DNA of 62,094 nt, filler included, from 5 parts of 5 records of this genome joined end to end with filler, not necessarily neighbours in it; one strand, 5' to 3'; positions 8,429 through 18,490 are shown, counted from the first letter of the whole stretch. Notes: generated by a model not told the origin, from the sequence alone. Numbers and translations: made by a program.

Positions 8429-11076
8429 AGCTGAGGCTGCTGGTTAGGAATTGGGGCGGCGGATGAAAACGCTTTCCGCACAACTATTTTGGTCTCATCG
8501 TCGTGGATCTTTCTCAGAAGCGACAAAGCGTCTCGATAACGAGGAGATGCTTCCAAAGCCAGCAAGACGTTTTCTTTCGCGCGCGGCAGATCGCCAAGCG
8601 CGTAGAAGGCGGCGGCGAGATCGTAGTTTAACAGGATTGGGTCAGGAGGATTTAGCTGCTTGAGCGCATAGGTCGCTTCCACAACACCCATTTGGTCGTT
8701 CAACTCTGTCGCTGCTCGCTTCTTGGCCACGTAGCCGGCCTGAAGAAGCGGTTGTACGGCGAGGAATCGGTCGGCGACATCGGCGAGTTGTCGCCACTGC
8801 TTTTGATTCGTGTACAGAGTGATTAGTCGTCGCAGTACCGGCAGATCATCACTTTTCGCTTCGGCAATCTTCTGAAGAGTGGCTATTTCTATTTCCGTCT
8901 CGCCAGCAGCACGGGCCGCAGTCGCAAGCGTCTCAACAGCTCCGCCCGCTTGGAAGTCGTCGGGAAAAAGCTCGGCCAGTTGCTGGGCATTCTCCAGGGC
9001 TTCCGCTGAGTCCTCATTGGCAAGCAATAGTCGAATCTCTGTCAGCATCGCAAAGTAGTTGTTTGGATTGAGCTTTCGGTACATCGCGATCTTGGACAAA
9101 TTCGCTTGTTCGATCTCTAGATCTTCCAAGTCCACCGCAGCACCGTGTTGCTCAGCCCGTTTCTTGGCGAAGGATTCAAACTCTTTGTCCAGCGCAGCGG
9201 CATGTCCGTAGTGCCTTTCAAAAGCCTCACGTGACGGCATGCCAACTCCAAGATCGACGAGCAATCGACGCAGCCGCTCGAGTCCATGAACTTCAACCAG
9301 GTATTCGATTGCCAGAGCCGATTCAAAATAGGCGAATTGCAGATGCAGGGGACTCTTTGGCGAAAGGAAAGCCCCGCTTAGCTCAGAAAGCGGCACGAAG
9401 TCTTCGCCTAAGATCATGGAGCGATAGGTTAGATTGATACGCTCTCCCCAGGCGGGGTCCTCTTGAATTTCTTCGTAAACGGAAATCCCTTCACTGAGCC
9501 ACCGAGGCATTTTATTGTTCGTCTTCTGCAGCGTGATGACGTGGCAGTACTCATGCCACAGAACGCTGTCCAGATTTGACGGGCGATCGCCTTGCGAAGC
9601 AGGACTGTTGGCGGTGATCAGAGAACCGAAGCACACGCCTAGAAAGCCAGCGCCGCCAGGGAGCCCAAACGTCCGAATCGCGAAATCACTCTGCTCCGGG
9701 AAGATCTCAACCGTAATGGGCTCAGTGAGTTTGACGTCGTACTTGGTGGTTAGTTTTTCACGGGCCGACTCGAGGAGCGTGATGACGCGAGCACCGTAAA
9801 GCTTCGCTTCATCTGCCTGCATGCGAACGATAAAGTTGTCGGTTCTTAGAGTCGTAAACGACTCGAGTCGCTTGCGAAGTGTTTTTAAGTTGTAGGCGAC
9901 GACATTATATTTGTCTTCGCTGGCAACCCTCTGGACCAACTCCCACCCCTCGGCAGTTTTTCCCAATCTCAATAAGTCCTGTGCAAGATGAAAACGAGCG
10001 GGCTGGTAGATTGGCGATAACCTCAGGGCTCTTCGCTGATAGGTAACACTTTCGCTGAAACGATAGTGCTGCGATAGGACCTTCCCAATCGTATAGTCGA
10101 CTTCGGGATTCGCTCGCCATGTACTCAGTGCCTGACGACGGCAATCCTCTTCTGACGAGTACTCACCCTTTAAGTGCGCGATGGCTGCGCGATACGACCA
10201 CGCCACAGGGTGCTTCGGATTGATTTTAAGAACTCTCTTGATGAGCTCTTCAGCTCGCTCATAGCTTTCACTATTGATCGCATTCTCGACCTGAGCCAGC
10301 AAGCTAGGCGGATGCTGTGAATTGATCTGCAAGGCCGTTTGCAATGAAAGTGCCCCACGTTCGCCATCCGAAGGCGACCACGCCTCATACAGCAGATAAT
10401 GAACTTGTGGATCGTCCGGGCGAATTTCGGCAGCCCGCTTGAGGCTCTTCGCCGCCTCCTGATAGTCGCTCTTGGCTAGTGCCAGTTCGGCAATTGCAAT
10501 GTGCGCATCGGCGTAATCAGGCTCCTGCTTCAAAATCGCGTCGTAGAAAGCAAGCACATCGCGAGCGTCTTCGCCTACCTCGAGAAAACGATGGCCGATT
10601 GTGAGCAAGCTCTCAATGTCACGAAACTGCCAGGCCCGCGTTTCAACAAGCTCAAGAATCTCGCGAAGCAACTGGTCGCCGACTGCTGCGTCGCCCGAGA
10701 ATCGGTAGGCTCTTGCGGCAAGAGCTTTCAAACGCAAACTTGATGGATATCTGTCTCGAACAGATTCGTAAACGTCGACTGCTTCCTGGTACTTGCCAAC
10801 TTGAAGCTGGCAGTAAATCAGTTGCTTGCACCAAAAGACATTCCAAACGCCACGCTCTACTTCCTTCTTGCAAATCTCAATGCACGTGTCGTAGTCGCCG
10901 CGGTAGAACGCCGATCGAGCATCGCCTGGATCCGCTGCGAAAGCAGAAGGTATGCCGACAGAAACGAGCCAAGCGAAAATGCTTGCCGCGAATAAGATGC
11001 CTTTCCAGGCAAACCGCTGGCCGCCGAGCGAGTTCTTTGGGTTGCGTGATTGAATGATATCCGGCAAAGGCATCAC
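8425..11076 (-). CDS. TPR-repeat protein with peptidase MA (gluzincin-like) domain
   Basis: Signal/TM segment and many TPR-like helices. HExxH motif HEYCH at 9541-9555 is followed by PRWLSEG (third ligand Glu). Its stop overlaps the DUF4159 start (ATGA). Confidence 0.85.
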   Translation of the reverse strand: MMPLPDIIQSRNPKNSLGGQRFAWKGILFAASIFAWLVSVGIPSAFAADPGDARSAFYRGDYDTCIEICKKEVERGVWNVFWCKQLIYCQLQVGKYQEAVDVYESVRDRYPSSLRLKALAARAYRFSGDAAVGDQLLREILELVETRAWQFRDIESLLTIGHRFLEVGEDARDVLAFYDAILKQEPDYADAHIAIAELALAKSDYQEAAKSLKRAAEIRPDDPQVHYLLYEAWSPSDGERGALSLQTALQINSQHPPSLLAQVENAINSESYERAEELIKRVLKINPKHPVAWSYRAAIAHLKGEYSSEEDCRRQALSTWRANPEVDYTIGKVLSQHYRFSESVTYQRRALRLSPIYQPARFHLAQDLLRLGKTAEGWELVQRVASEDKYNVVAYNLKTLRKRLESFTTLRTDNFIVRMQADEAKLYGARVITLLESAREKLTTKYDVKLTEPITVEIFPEQSDFAIRTFGLPGGAGFLGVCFGSLITANSPASQGDRPSNLDSVLWHEYCHVITLQKTNNKMPRWLSEGISVYEEIQEDPAWGERINLTYRSMILGEDFVPLSELSGAFLSPKSPLHLQFAYFESALAIEYLVEVHGLERLRRLLVDLGVGMPSREAFERHYGHAAALDKEFESFAKKRAEQHGAAVDLEDLEIEQANLSKIAMYRKLNPNNYFAMLTEIRLLLANEDSAEALENAQQLAELFPDDFQAGGAVETLATAARAAGETEIEIATLQKIAEAKSDDLPVLRRLITLYTNQKQWRQLADVADRFLAVQPLLQAGYVAKKRAATELNDQMGVVEATYALKQLNPPDPILLNYDLAAAFYALGDLPRAKENVLLALEASPRYRDALSLLRKIHDDETKIVVRKAFSSAAPIPNQQPQL

Positions 11077-11751
11077 GTTTACATTCTTGAGACATCAAAG
11101 TGATCGTTTGCGATAGTCGCGTTGCGTTCTCGACGCACTTCGCAACTGGTCGCCAAGCCGAACATGTTGGAAAACCTCGCTACCCGTTGAGCATCACATT
11201 CTAGACGCCTAGGAAACCCACGTGGGGTGCGCGGCGTAAAATTGCCAACACAAAATCCCGTTTGCTCGAACCAATTCTTGGCCCCGCGCCAGTGGGCACC
11301 TCGTCTCCAAGTTGATCGGAAAGCGGATTCGGAACAGCCCAAAGGCTACGAATCCGTCACAGACGAGGCGTGAGGCAAGAATGCTGCTAAATGCGAGCAA
11401 GCGTCAACGGTGACTCAACACCCCACAGAGATCAGAGTTTCGGGGCAAACGTCGCAAAAGAAGAGAACAGTCAGGGCTAGCAGGGAGTCCAACACCATCC
11501 CGCTTCCCGAATCTGAATCTGAATCTCGCTAGCTTTGATGGAGAGCGGAATCGCACCTCATGCTGGATGTGAATCCAACGCAACCAATGGCAGATTCGTA
11601 GAATGCCCAATAGCGGTGCGGTCTGTGGTCGTGCCGTCTGTGGGCCGTGCGGTCGGCAACAAGCCCGAACCACCTTTGGTGCACACACCTGTTCGACCAA
11701 ACGAGCTTCAATGGCGCAATGAAAAGACTCTAGACCGTTCCACGCGCGAAA

Positions 11752-12114
11752 CTACTGCTGACACTTGCACGGCGCAAGGCGATGCGAATCGGGGTCGATC
11801 GAATAGTTGGTAGAAAACACTGGGCAGCTCGGCACACCCTCAGGAAAGTAGTCGGTCGAGTTGAGCGGTTTCAGGTCGGTTAACAGGACACCTTCATTGA
11901 CGTGGTAGCGTTCTAGAGCGCGGTTGATCTCCGTGCGGTGCTGCTGGCACATCTTCCGCTTCGCGGAAACAGCGGATGTCGAAATCCGAGGAAGAACAGC
12001 CGCCGTGAGAACGGCAAGAATGCTAACTACGGCAAGTAGCTCCAGCAACGAAAATGCGGCTCGCGGGGCAGGGGACTGGGAGCGGCAACCAGTGCGGCGT
12101 TGAGAATCGTTCAT
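11752..12114 (-). CDS. Short prepilin / pseudopilin (class III signal peptide)
   Basis: RAA|FSLLELLAVVSILAVLTAAVLP with Glu5. C-terminal YFPEGVPSCP. Paralog of the genes at 16633 and 17616. Confidence 0.9.
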   Translation of the reverse strand: MNDSQRRTGCRSQSPAPRAAFSLLELLAVVSILAVLTAAVLPRISTSAVSAKRKMCQQHRTEINRALERYHVNEGVLLTDLKPLNSTDYFPEGVPSCPVFSTNYSIDPDSHRLAPCKCQQ

Positions 12115-12207
12115 GGGAACTCTGCAAACTAGGGGAAACTATCCGATGTGCCTTAATGTTAAAGGCGGTGTTAGAGGCACGGAACTGATCAGGTACTTAC
12201 CTACGAC

Positions 12208-13038
12208 CTACGGCAACCCTGGAAGGTCCGGCAAATCCGGAAACGAACCAAAGTCGGGCAGGTCCGGGACCTCCGGTAATTCTGGAAGTTCTGGCGGCAG
12301 GGGGAGATCCGGCAGATCAGGAATCGACAGGGCAGGGTCTTCGAATCCAGACTCAGGTGCGTTGTAACTTCTCTGAGAGCTTCCTTGTCGCTTACGCAAA
12401 CGCTGATTTGCACCTGGAGCAAGCTTGAACTCACTTGATTTATTTACCAACGGCTGACTCATCAGACTCAACGTCCAACGATCTCGTCCGTGTTGAAGAT
12501 TCACGGAACGCGACTCGATAGACAGCACCTCGATCCCGGAATGCCGTTCGCCTGGTGCGGCATAAACAAGTGCATCGCCAATCTTCAAAATTGCTTTCTT
12601 AGTTGACTCAGTACTCGAATCCGCAGAACCCACTTCGGCAAAGCCAAGTAGTCGAACGGTCTCCGTCTCTGTCACAGCATGCGTCTGCTGCGCGACGGCC
12701 TGAGTCTGTTCCGGCAAGCGGAAAAAGTCTTCATTGGAAGCCAAAGGTGCCAGCCAACCCTCAGGGACAATTTCGCGGCTTACGAACTTCCCTTGACTCG
12801 AAGACACGGCCGCAGTGCTTTGCGGCTCTTCTGTTTGTTCCGTCTCAGCGGCTTCCTCACCACTGGGAGTTTGTTCGTTCGAACCGCAACCGACAAGAGC
12901 GACTGACAACACAACCGCCAGAGCGAACATTGTCACTCGGTAGAGCCTGCGCGTCCGTATGGCTGACGATAGACGCAGTGGAGCAACGACATGCGAACTG
13001 TCAGATACCATTGAAGTGTGTGTGAGCATTCGACCCAA
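12208..13038 (-). CDS. Lipoprotein with PilP/GspC-HR-like domain and Pro-rich tail
   Basis: Lipobox LVGC. VRLLGF...AILKIGDALVYAAPGERHSGIEVLSIESRSVNLQHG...TLSL matches the PilP/GspC HR beta-sandwich pattern. The tail is PDLP/PELP repeats. Start codon uncertain. Confidence 0.6.
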   Translation of the reverse strand: MGRMLTHTSMVSDSSHVVAPLRLSSAIRTRRLYRVTMFALAVVLSVALVGCGSNEQTPSGEEAAETEQTEEPQSTAAVSSSQGKFVSREIVPEGWLAPLASNEDFFRLPEQTQAVAQQTHAVTETETVRLLGFAEVGSADSSTESTKKAILKIGDALVYAAPGERHSGIEVLSIESRSVNLQHGRDRWTLSLMSQPLVNKSSEFKLAPGANQRLRKRQGSSQRSYNAPESGFEDPALSIPDLPDLPLPPELPELPEVPDLPDFGSFPDLPDLPGLP

Positions 13039-13281
13039 CCTTATAAGTTATCGGCATAAGCGTCAAAAACGTTTTCGCAATCTGACGCACCAAAAGAGCA
13101 TAGGACGCACGATAATTCGCGGGCGTCCGTAGGGTCCGACTTGCGCTCCGTGGCGGGGAATCGATAACGTGACTTTTCCGGTTATACGGATTGGCACTTT
13201 CAACTTGACTTTCGCGATTCGTGTCGTACGTTTCCGCGGACGAATAAACAAGTGCACCTAAACTGAAGCTGAGTCGCATCT

Positions 13282-13710
13282 ATGTCGAATGCGGAAAACC
13301 GAATCCTGATCTTTGCTGCTGAACGAATCGTAGGCGAGTTGACCGCTTATCGTCTCGATCTACTCGGCATGTCGCCCATCCTGGTGCGTAGCGAGTCTGA
13401 TCTAGAGCGTGAGGTAGAGGAATGCTTGCCAAGTCTGCTCATCCTTGATCTCGACCACAGTGATTGCGACAGCATGTCGATCATCGAAGGCTGGTCGAGC
13501 AACGAAGTGACCAGCCGCATCCCGGTTCTTTGCATGAGTGCAGAGGGCGACCTGGGCAAAGCAGAGCGTGCGTACTTCTGCGGCGCTCGTGAATTTGTCG
13601 TATGCCCCTACGACCCGATCGTGATGGAAGACAAAGTACTTAGGCTGCTGGCAACTGCACGCTCAACGGACGGCGAGACCGTTCAAAAAGCTGCGGCGGT
13701 AACCGCGTAG
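13282..13710 (+). CDS. Single-domain response regulator receiver (degenerate)
   Basis: PSLLILDLD (phosphoacceptor Asp), TSRIPVLCMSA and GAREFVVCP. The acidic pocket and conserved Lys are missing. Confidence 0.8.
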   Translation: MSNAENRILIFAAERIVGELTAYRLDLLGMSPILVRSESDLEREVEECLPSLLILDLDHSDCDSMSIIEGWSSNEVTSRIPVLCMSAEGDLGKAERAYFCGAREFVVCPYDPIVMEDKVLRLLATARSTDGETVQKAAAVTA

Positions 13711-13762
13711 AGATCGCCACCGCCCCAATACAAGAATAAGAATAGCCCCAGAAAGTGCACAA

Positions 13763-15457
13763 ATGGCTAAGCGACTCGGTGACATCATTATTGAACGCGG
13801 CTGGCTCACAGAAGAACAGTTGGAGCAAGCGTTCGGCGAACACAAGAAAGTTGGCATGCAGCTCGGCAGCTACCTGCTGCACCGAGGGCTGTTGGATGTC
13901 GAGCAACTTGGCTCCGCACTCAGCGAACAATACGAAGTCCCGTTTGAGAAAATCAACGCTGGCTCAATTCACCCACAATTGGCAAGGTTGCTGCCCGAAT
14001 CTTTCGCGCGTCGCCGAGAAATTGTTCCCGTAGGTGTTGATGGCAGCAAGCTTCGACTCGGAATGGTTTGGCCTGGTGACATGGAGGCGATCAGCGAGAC
14101 CGAACTGATGACCGGATACCAGGTCGAAGCGGCAATCTGCTTAGCCGACGAGGTATCAAATCTGATTGACCGAGCATTTGACAATCGCACAACTGCCCGG
14201 CAGACAGCGATCGACATTCGCTACGAAGAACTGTTGAGCGGTGCCGATGCGGTAGGCGACGAGGACGCGGAAGAAATCGACTCCGACGCTCCGGTTGTTC
14301 GTCTAGTGCAGTCAATTTTGATGGGCGCGGTTCGCGCTGGCGCGAGCGACATCCACCTGGAACCCTTCCAGCCGCAAATGCGTGTTCGCTATCGTGTTGA
14401 TGGCCAGATGCAGCAGGTGATGACAATTCCGAATGACACGGAAGCCGCTCTGATCGGACGAATCAAAGTCCTTGCCGATATGGATACGGCGGAAACGCGA
14501 AGGCCGCAGGACGGGAACCTGACGATTGAAGAAGAAGACACGCGAGCTAGCTTCCGCGTTAGCGTGATTCCTTGCGTCAGCGGCGAGAAGATCGTCATGC
14601 GGGTACTCGATGAAACCAGCAAAACGTTCAGCTTCGAAGCCCTCGGGATGCCGGAAGATCAAGTGCAGCGCATGCGTGGACTGCTCGATCGACCTCACGG
14701 CATGATCGTGATGACTGGCCCCACCGGTTCAGGTAAAACCACAACTATGTACTCGATGCTGTGCAGCATCGATTCATCCAGTCGTAATGTGTCGACCATC
14801 GAAGACCCGGTCGAATTTAGATTGCCTGGCATTAATCAAGTTCAAGCGAACAATGAATTCGGGATGGGCTTTGCAAACGGCCTCAAGTTCCTGATGCGTC
14901 AAGACCCTGATGTCATTCTGGTCGGTGAGATTCGAGACCACGAAACAGCCACGACCGCTGTCCAAGCAGCTCTGACTGGTCACTTGCTGATTAGCACGCT
15001 GCACACCAACGATGCGGTCGGTACGGTGGCCCGTCTGGGTGACCTTGGACTGGACAATTTCAAGATCGGTGGGGCACTGGTTGCCGCAGTTGCGCAGCGT
15101 CTGCTGCGAAAGCTCTGCCAAAAGTGCCGGCAAGAATGCGAGCTGAATAGAACACTTATTGACCTGATGTTCGAAGGTCGCGATATCCCACAAGGTGTCA
15201 ACCTAACCGGCCCCTACTACTCAGCAAAAGGCTGTGAGGCGTGCGGAGGAACGGGTTACAGCGGTCGACTGCCAATCTATGAAATCATGGCCGTTACGCC
15301 CGCACTTGAGAAAGCCATCGAAGCCGGATTGCCGGGTAGCAAGATTCGCGAGATCGCCGTCAGCGAAGGCATGACCGAGCTTGCCGTCGGCGGACTTGAC
15401 CAGGCCAGCAAGGGCTTAACGAGCGTTGAGGAAGTCTACTACAAGCTGTCCGGCTGA
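13763..15457 (+). CDS. GspE/PilB-family assembly ATPase with N-terminal MshEN domain
   Basis: ASDIHLEP, Walker A GPTGSGKTT, TIEDPVE, MRQDPDVILVGEIRD, TGHLLISTLHTND and a tetracysteine motif (CQKC...CEAC). N-terminal RLGDIIIERG repeat. Confidence 0.96.
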   Translation: MAKRLGDIIIERGWLTEEQLEQAFGEHKKVGMQLGSYLLHRGLLDVEQLGSALSEQYEVPFEKINAGSIHPQLARLLPESFARRREIVPVGVDGSKLRLGMVWPGDMEAISETELMTGYQVEAAICLADEVSNLIDRAFDNRTTARQTAIDIRYEELLSGADAVGDEDAEEIDSDAPVVRLVQSILMGAVRAGASDIHLEPFQPQMRVRYRVDGQMQQVMTIPNDTEAALIGRIKVLADMDTAETRRPQDGNLTIEEEDTRASFRVSVIPCVSGEKIVMRVLDETSKTFSFEALGMPEDQVQRMRGLLDRPHGMIVMTGPTGSGKTTTMYSMLCSIDSSSRNVSTIEDPVEFRLPGINQVQANNEFGMGFANGLKFLMRQDPDVILVGEIRDHETATTAVQAALTGHLLISTLHTNDAVGTVARLGDLGLDNFKIGGALVAAVAQRLLRKLCQKCRQECELNRTLIDLMFEGRDIPQGVNLTGPYYSAKGCEACGGTGYSGRLPIYEIMAVTPALEKAIEAGLPGSKIREIAVSEGMTELAVGGLDQASKGLTSVEEVYYKLSG

Positions 15458-15514
15458 TGACCGGGCACCGGTGTACGACTTGATATTCGCGTGTAGATAC
15501 TGAAGAGAAACGAC

Positions 15515-16633
15515 ATGAGTACAGCGACCTCAACTGCCCAAGTGGGACTACTGAAACGCCTTCAGTCGATCAAAATTGGCGGCGGCAAACCGGACGAGAT
15601 CAAGAAGCAAGACCTCATTCGGATTCTACAAAACCTCACCACCCTGATTGCTAACGGGGTTTCGATTCCGGCGGCATTGGAAACCCTTCACGCAGACCCA
15701 ACTTTCAAGAAATACCGTCGTGTTCTTCGTGACTTGGCGGAAACCGTTAAAAGTGGTGGTAAATTCTCAGCGGCCCTGAAGAAATACCCTCGCACGTTCT
15801 CAAGTATCCTTGTCCATCAGGTGCAAGTCGGCGAAAAAGCAGGTACGCTCCAGACAACACTCAGTCGAGTCGTCCACCAGCTCGAAAACTCATCCAAGAT
15901 GCGGTCCTTCATCATTAAGAAGCTGACCTACCCCGGACTCTTGATGGTTGCCGGTGCGGGGAGCGTTACTTTCATGATGACATGCGTGATTCCCACCTTT
16001 CAAAAGATGTACGAGGAATCTGGCGCTGCACTGCCGATGGTTACCGAAGTGCTGATTGCTGCGAGCACATTTGCGCAAACCTATGGCCTAATGATTTTGA
16101 TCGGCTTGGCGATTGCTACGACGGCGATTGTGGCAGCAATGAAGAACCCCGTATCACGGCGAAAGATTGACGAGAACATCCTGAAGCTTCCCGGGCTCGG
16201 AAAGTGGTTCCGCGGCCTCGCCGTCTTGCAGTTTGTCGAAACGCTGGGCAATCTCCTCGATTCAGGCTTCACGCTGGTCGATGCTCTTCCCGCTTCAGCG
16301 CGGAGTGTAGGAAATCGCTACATGCAAGAAAAGCTACTCGGCTTGCACGTTGCACTTCGAGGTGGTGAAAAATTTAGCACCGCGATGGAACGCGACAAAG
16401 AGTTGTTTCCACCTGTTGTAAAGCAGTTGGTCGTCGTAGGCGAACGCACGGGACGCCTGCCTGAAGTGACCGGCGAGATTCGTGAACACCTATCAGACGA
16501 TGTCCAAAAGAGCACATCCGCGATGCTCGGCGCTATTGAACCAATCCTAACAGTCGGACTTGCTGTCGTTGTTGGCGGCATCCTGCTCGCCGTATACCTA
16601 CCAATGTTCGACATGATCGGGAAAACAAACTGA
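15515..16633 (+). CDS. GspF/PilC inner-membrane platform protein
   Basis: Two T2SSF-type repeats (VGEKAGTL; VGERTGRL), LTYP and IEP...AVYLPMFDM, with three TM segments. Confidence 0.95.
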   Translation: MSTATSTAQVGLLKRLQSIKIGGGKPDEIKKQDLIRILQNLTTLIANGVSIPAALETLHADPTFKKYRRVLRDLAETVKSGGKFSAALKKYPRTFSSILVHQVQVGEKAGTLQTTLSRVVHQLENSSKMRSFIIKKLTYPGLLMVAGAGSVTFMMTCVIPTFQKMYEESGAALPMVTEVLIAASTFAQTYGLMILIGLAIATTAIVAAMKNPVSRRKIDENILKLPGLGKWFRGLAVLQFVETLGNLLDSGFTLVDALPASARSVGNRYMQEKLLGLHVALRGGEKFSTAMERDKELFPPVVKQLVVVGERTGRLPEVTGEIREHLSDDVQKSTSAMLGAIEPILTVGLAVVVGGILLAVYLPMFDMIGKTN

Positions 16634-16977
16634 TGCAAACTACGAACTATCGAGTTGCGAGTAGACGTTGCAGCGGCATGTCGCTCCTTGAGCTGCTGGC
16701 CTGTGTGACGATTCTCTCTGTGCTCGTGGTCGCCATCGTGCCTCGTCTTGGCGGTGGTCGGTCACTTGCGGAAGAGAGTTCGTGCAATGTTCAGAAAGAG
16801 GTCGTCGAAATCCAAGCCGCCCTATGGAAACGCTCACATGGCGCTTGGCCCAGTGGAGACCTTTCAGACATCGGTCGTGATCCGAAGCACTTTCCGGATG
16901 GAGTTCCGGTGTGCCCGATAGATCAAGCGCCCTACAAGATCGACTCTGAAGGCCATGTCATTGGCCACAATCACTAG
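16633..16977 (+). CDS. Short prepilin / pseudopilin
   Basis: SG|MSLLELLACVTILSVLVVAIVP and WPSGDLSDIG...FPDGVPVCP. Translationally coupled to the platform gene (TGATG). Confidence 0.9.
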   Translation: MQTTNYRVASRRCSGMSLLELLACVTILSVLVVAIVPRLGGGRSLAEESSCNVQKEVVEIQAALWKRSHGAWPSGDLSDIGRDPKHFPDGVPVCPIDQAPYKIDSEGHVIGHNH

Positions 16978-17615
16978 TCATTCCCAGCGCCATCAGTACT
17001 TGCAAGCGGCCCAACAACCGACGGTCGCTTGGAGCCCGCCGTGTCCTTGCCCGCTCATTGCTCGTCAGACATCCTTGTTGGTCATTCTTGCATTCCTCCG
17101 GCGTTGCGCGGGAGTTCTTGCGGCCTCGCGAGTCCGTGGGAATAGGCTACGAGCCAGGGGACAACAGCGAATCGAAGTAAACGATTCGCAACCTTCTCAA
17201 CACCGACAACACAGCTTGAATCGGTGAATCGCTCAACCGTGGCAAGCCGGTCAGGTAGTTCCGGAGTGCGCTCGGACCACTGCGACGATCTTCTGTCGTG
17301 ACACACCAATTTGCTCTACTTTGCCTTGCAGTCTTACATTTCGGATTTCGCCCTAATCTTGGCGACGCAGCAGCTTCAGCTCCCTGGAGATCTTCCGTCA
17401 ATGATGAAATCACTTGTTCAAACTGAAACCACATAGGGGATCTACTGATTCAAAATTCAGTTCGTCAAGTTGATTGCGGTTATTCAGGCAACTTTTTCTC
17501 CAGAGGGGGCCGCCTGTCATCAAATTGCGACCTAAGTTTCATTAACCCGCACGGCGGGTCGATGTTAAGCCCCGTGCATCCGGATAGTTCCCCGCTTTTT
17601 CAATGGATCAAGAAA

Positions 17616-17951
17616 ATGCAAAAGTCTCGTACGTCTCGTAAGTCTCGTCGCTCTGGATTCTCGCTACTTGAGCTGCTGGCTGTTGTCACCATCCTGGGTG
17701 TAATCGCGGCAGTCGTTGTTCCTCGGATTTCGACCAGTAAGGCTGGTGCACAAGCTGAGGTCAACAAGCAGAACATTGCCGAAATCAACAGCGCTGTTGA
17801 GCGTTGGTACTTCGAAAAGGGCAATTGGCCAAAGACTGACCTTTCGGACATCGGCACCGACCCAGCCTACTTCCCCGATGGATTGCCAGTCAATCCACTC
17901 GACGACTCGAAGTACGCTTTGGATGGCACGACCTTCCGCGTCAAGCAGTAG
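17616..17951 (+). CDS. Short prepilin, probable major pilin/pseudopilin
   Basis: Basic leader MQKSRTSRKSRRSG|FSLLELLAVVTILGVIAAVVVP. Preceded by a ~640-bp intergenic region. ATG 17616 is preferred over 17562. Confidence 0.92.
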   Translation: MQKSRTSRKSRRSGFSLLELLAVVTILGVIAAVVVPRISTSKAGAQAEVNKQNIAEINSAVERWYFEKGNWPKTDLSDIGTDPAYFPDGLPVNPLDDSKYALDGTTFRVKQ

Positions 17952-17977
17952 TCAACTCCTAAGCAAGAAGAGCTGCT

Positions 17978-18490
17978 ATGAGATGCTCGAGAACACGATT
18001 CCCGGATTTAGTTCTTACGGGCTCTCGCGTACCCGCTCGGAACGCGATGAGCCTCCTGGAACTAATCGCAGTGGTCACGCTGATGGGAATCATCTCAGCA
18101 GGGGTAGCAGCTCGATACGGACGTGACATCCTTGGCGATGTTGGTGTCCGAAATGAAGCCCGAAAGTTGTCGCTAGGAATGCTCGAAGCACAGCGTAGTG
18201 CAATTCGTACCGGCGACAAGCACGGAATTCAGCTTTACGGTAGCACCGGTGACGTCAGCAGTTGGGCCGTCTTTCGCGAGTACCCCAATGGTTCTCGTGA
18301 GATCATCGACGGCCCCTACACGGTTGCCGAAGACTACAAACTGGCTGTTGGCGATGATCAAGTCCTATTTGATTTTGAGGGCAACGGAACGAGTCAGTTC
18401 CAAGCCCGCTTGGATGGACCGCACCGACACTGGGTCCTGCGGGTCTTCCCGCTCACACGGATGATTGATTGCCACGAGGTTACCCCATGA
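17978..18490 (+). CDS. Minor pilin (GspH/FimT-like)
   Basis: RNA|MSLLELIAVVTLMGII, AQRSAIRTG and VLFDFEGNG resemble FimT/GspH patterns. Confidence 0.8.
   Translation: MRCSRTRFPDLVLTGSRVPARNAMSLLELIAVVTLMGIISAGVAARYGRDILGDVGVRNEARKLSLGMLEAQRSAIRTGDKHGIQLYGSTGDVSSWAVFREYPNGSREIIDGPYTVAEDYKLAVGDDQVLFDFEGNGTSQFQARLDGPHRHWVLRVFPLTRMIDCHEVTP

Noticed and set aside
11077-11751. c-di-GMP riboswitch or sRNA in the 675-nt intergenic region (GGGCAAAC at about 11443)
   Set aside because: The GEMM P1/P2 architecture with tetraloop and receptor could not be built, and the orientation does not lead into a gene. An Rfam search would be needed.
17616-17951. Short pilin as a conductive e-pilin
   Set aside because: There are no aromatic residues between Phe1 and about residue 50 of the mature pilin, unlike Geobacter-type e-pilins.
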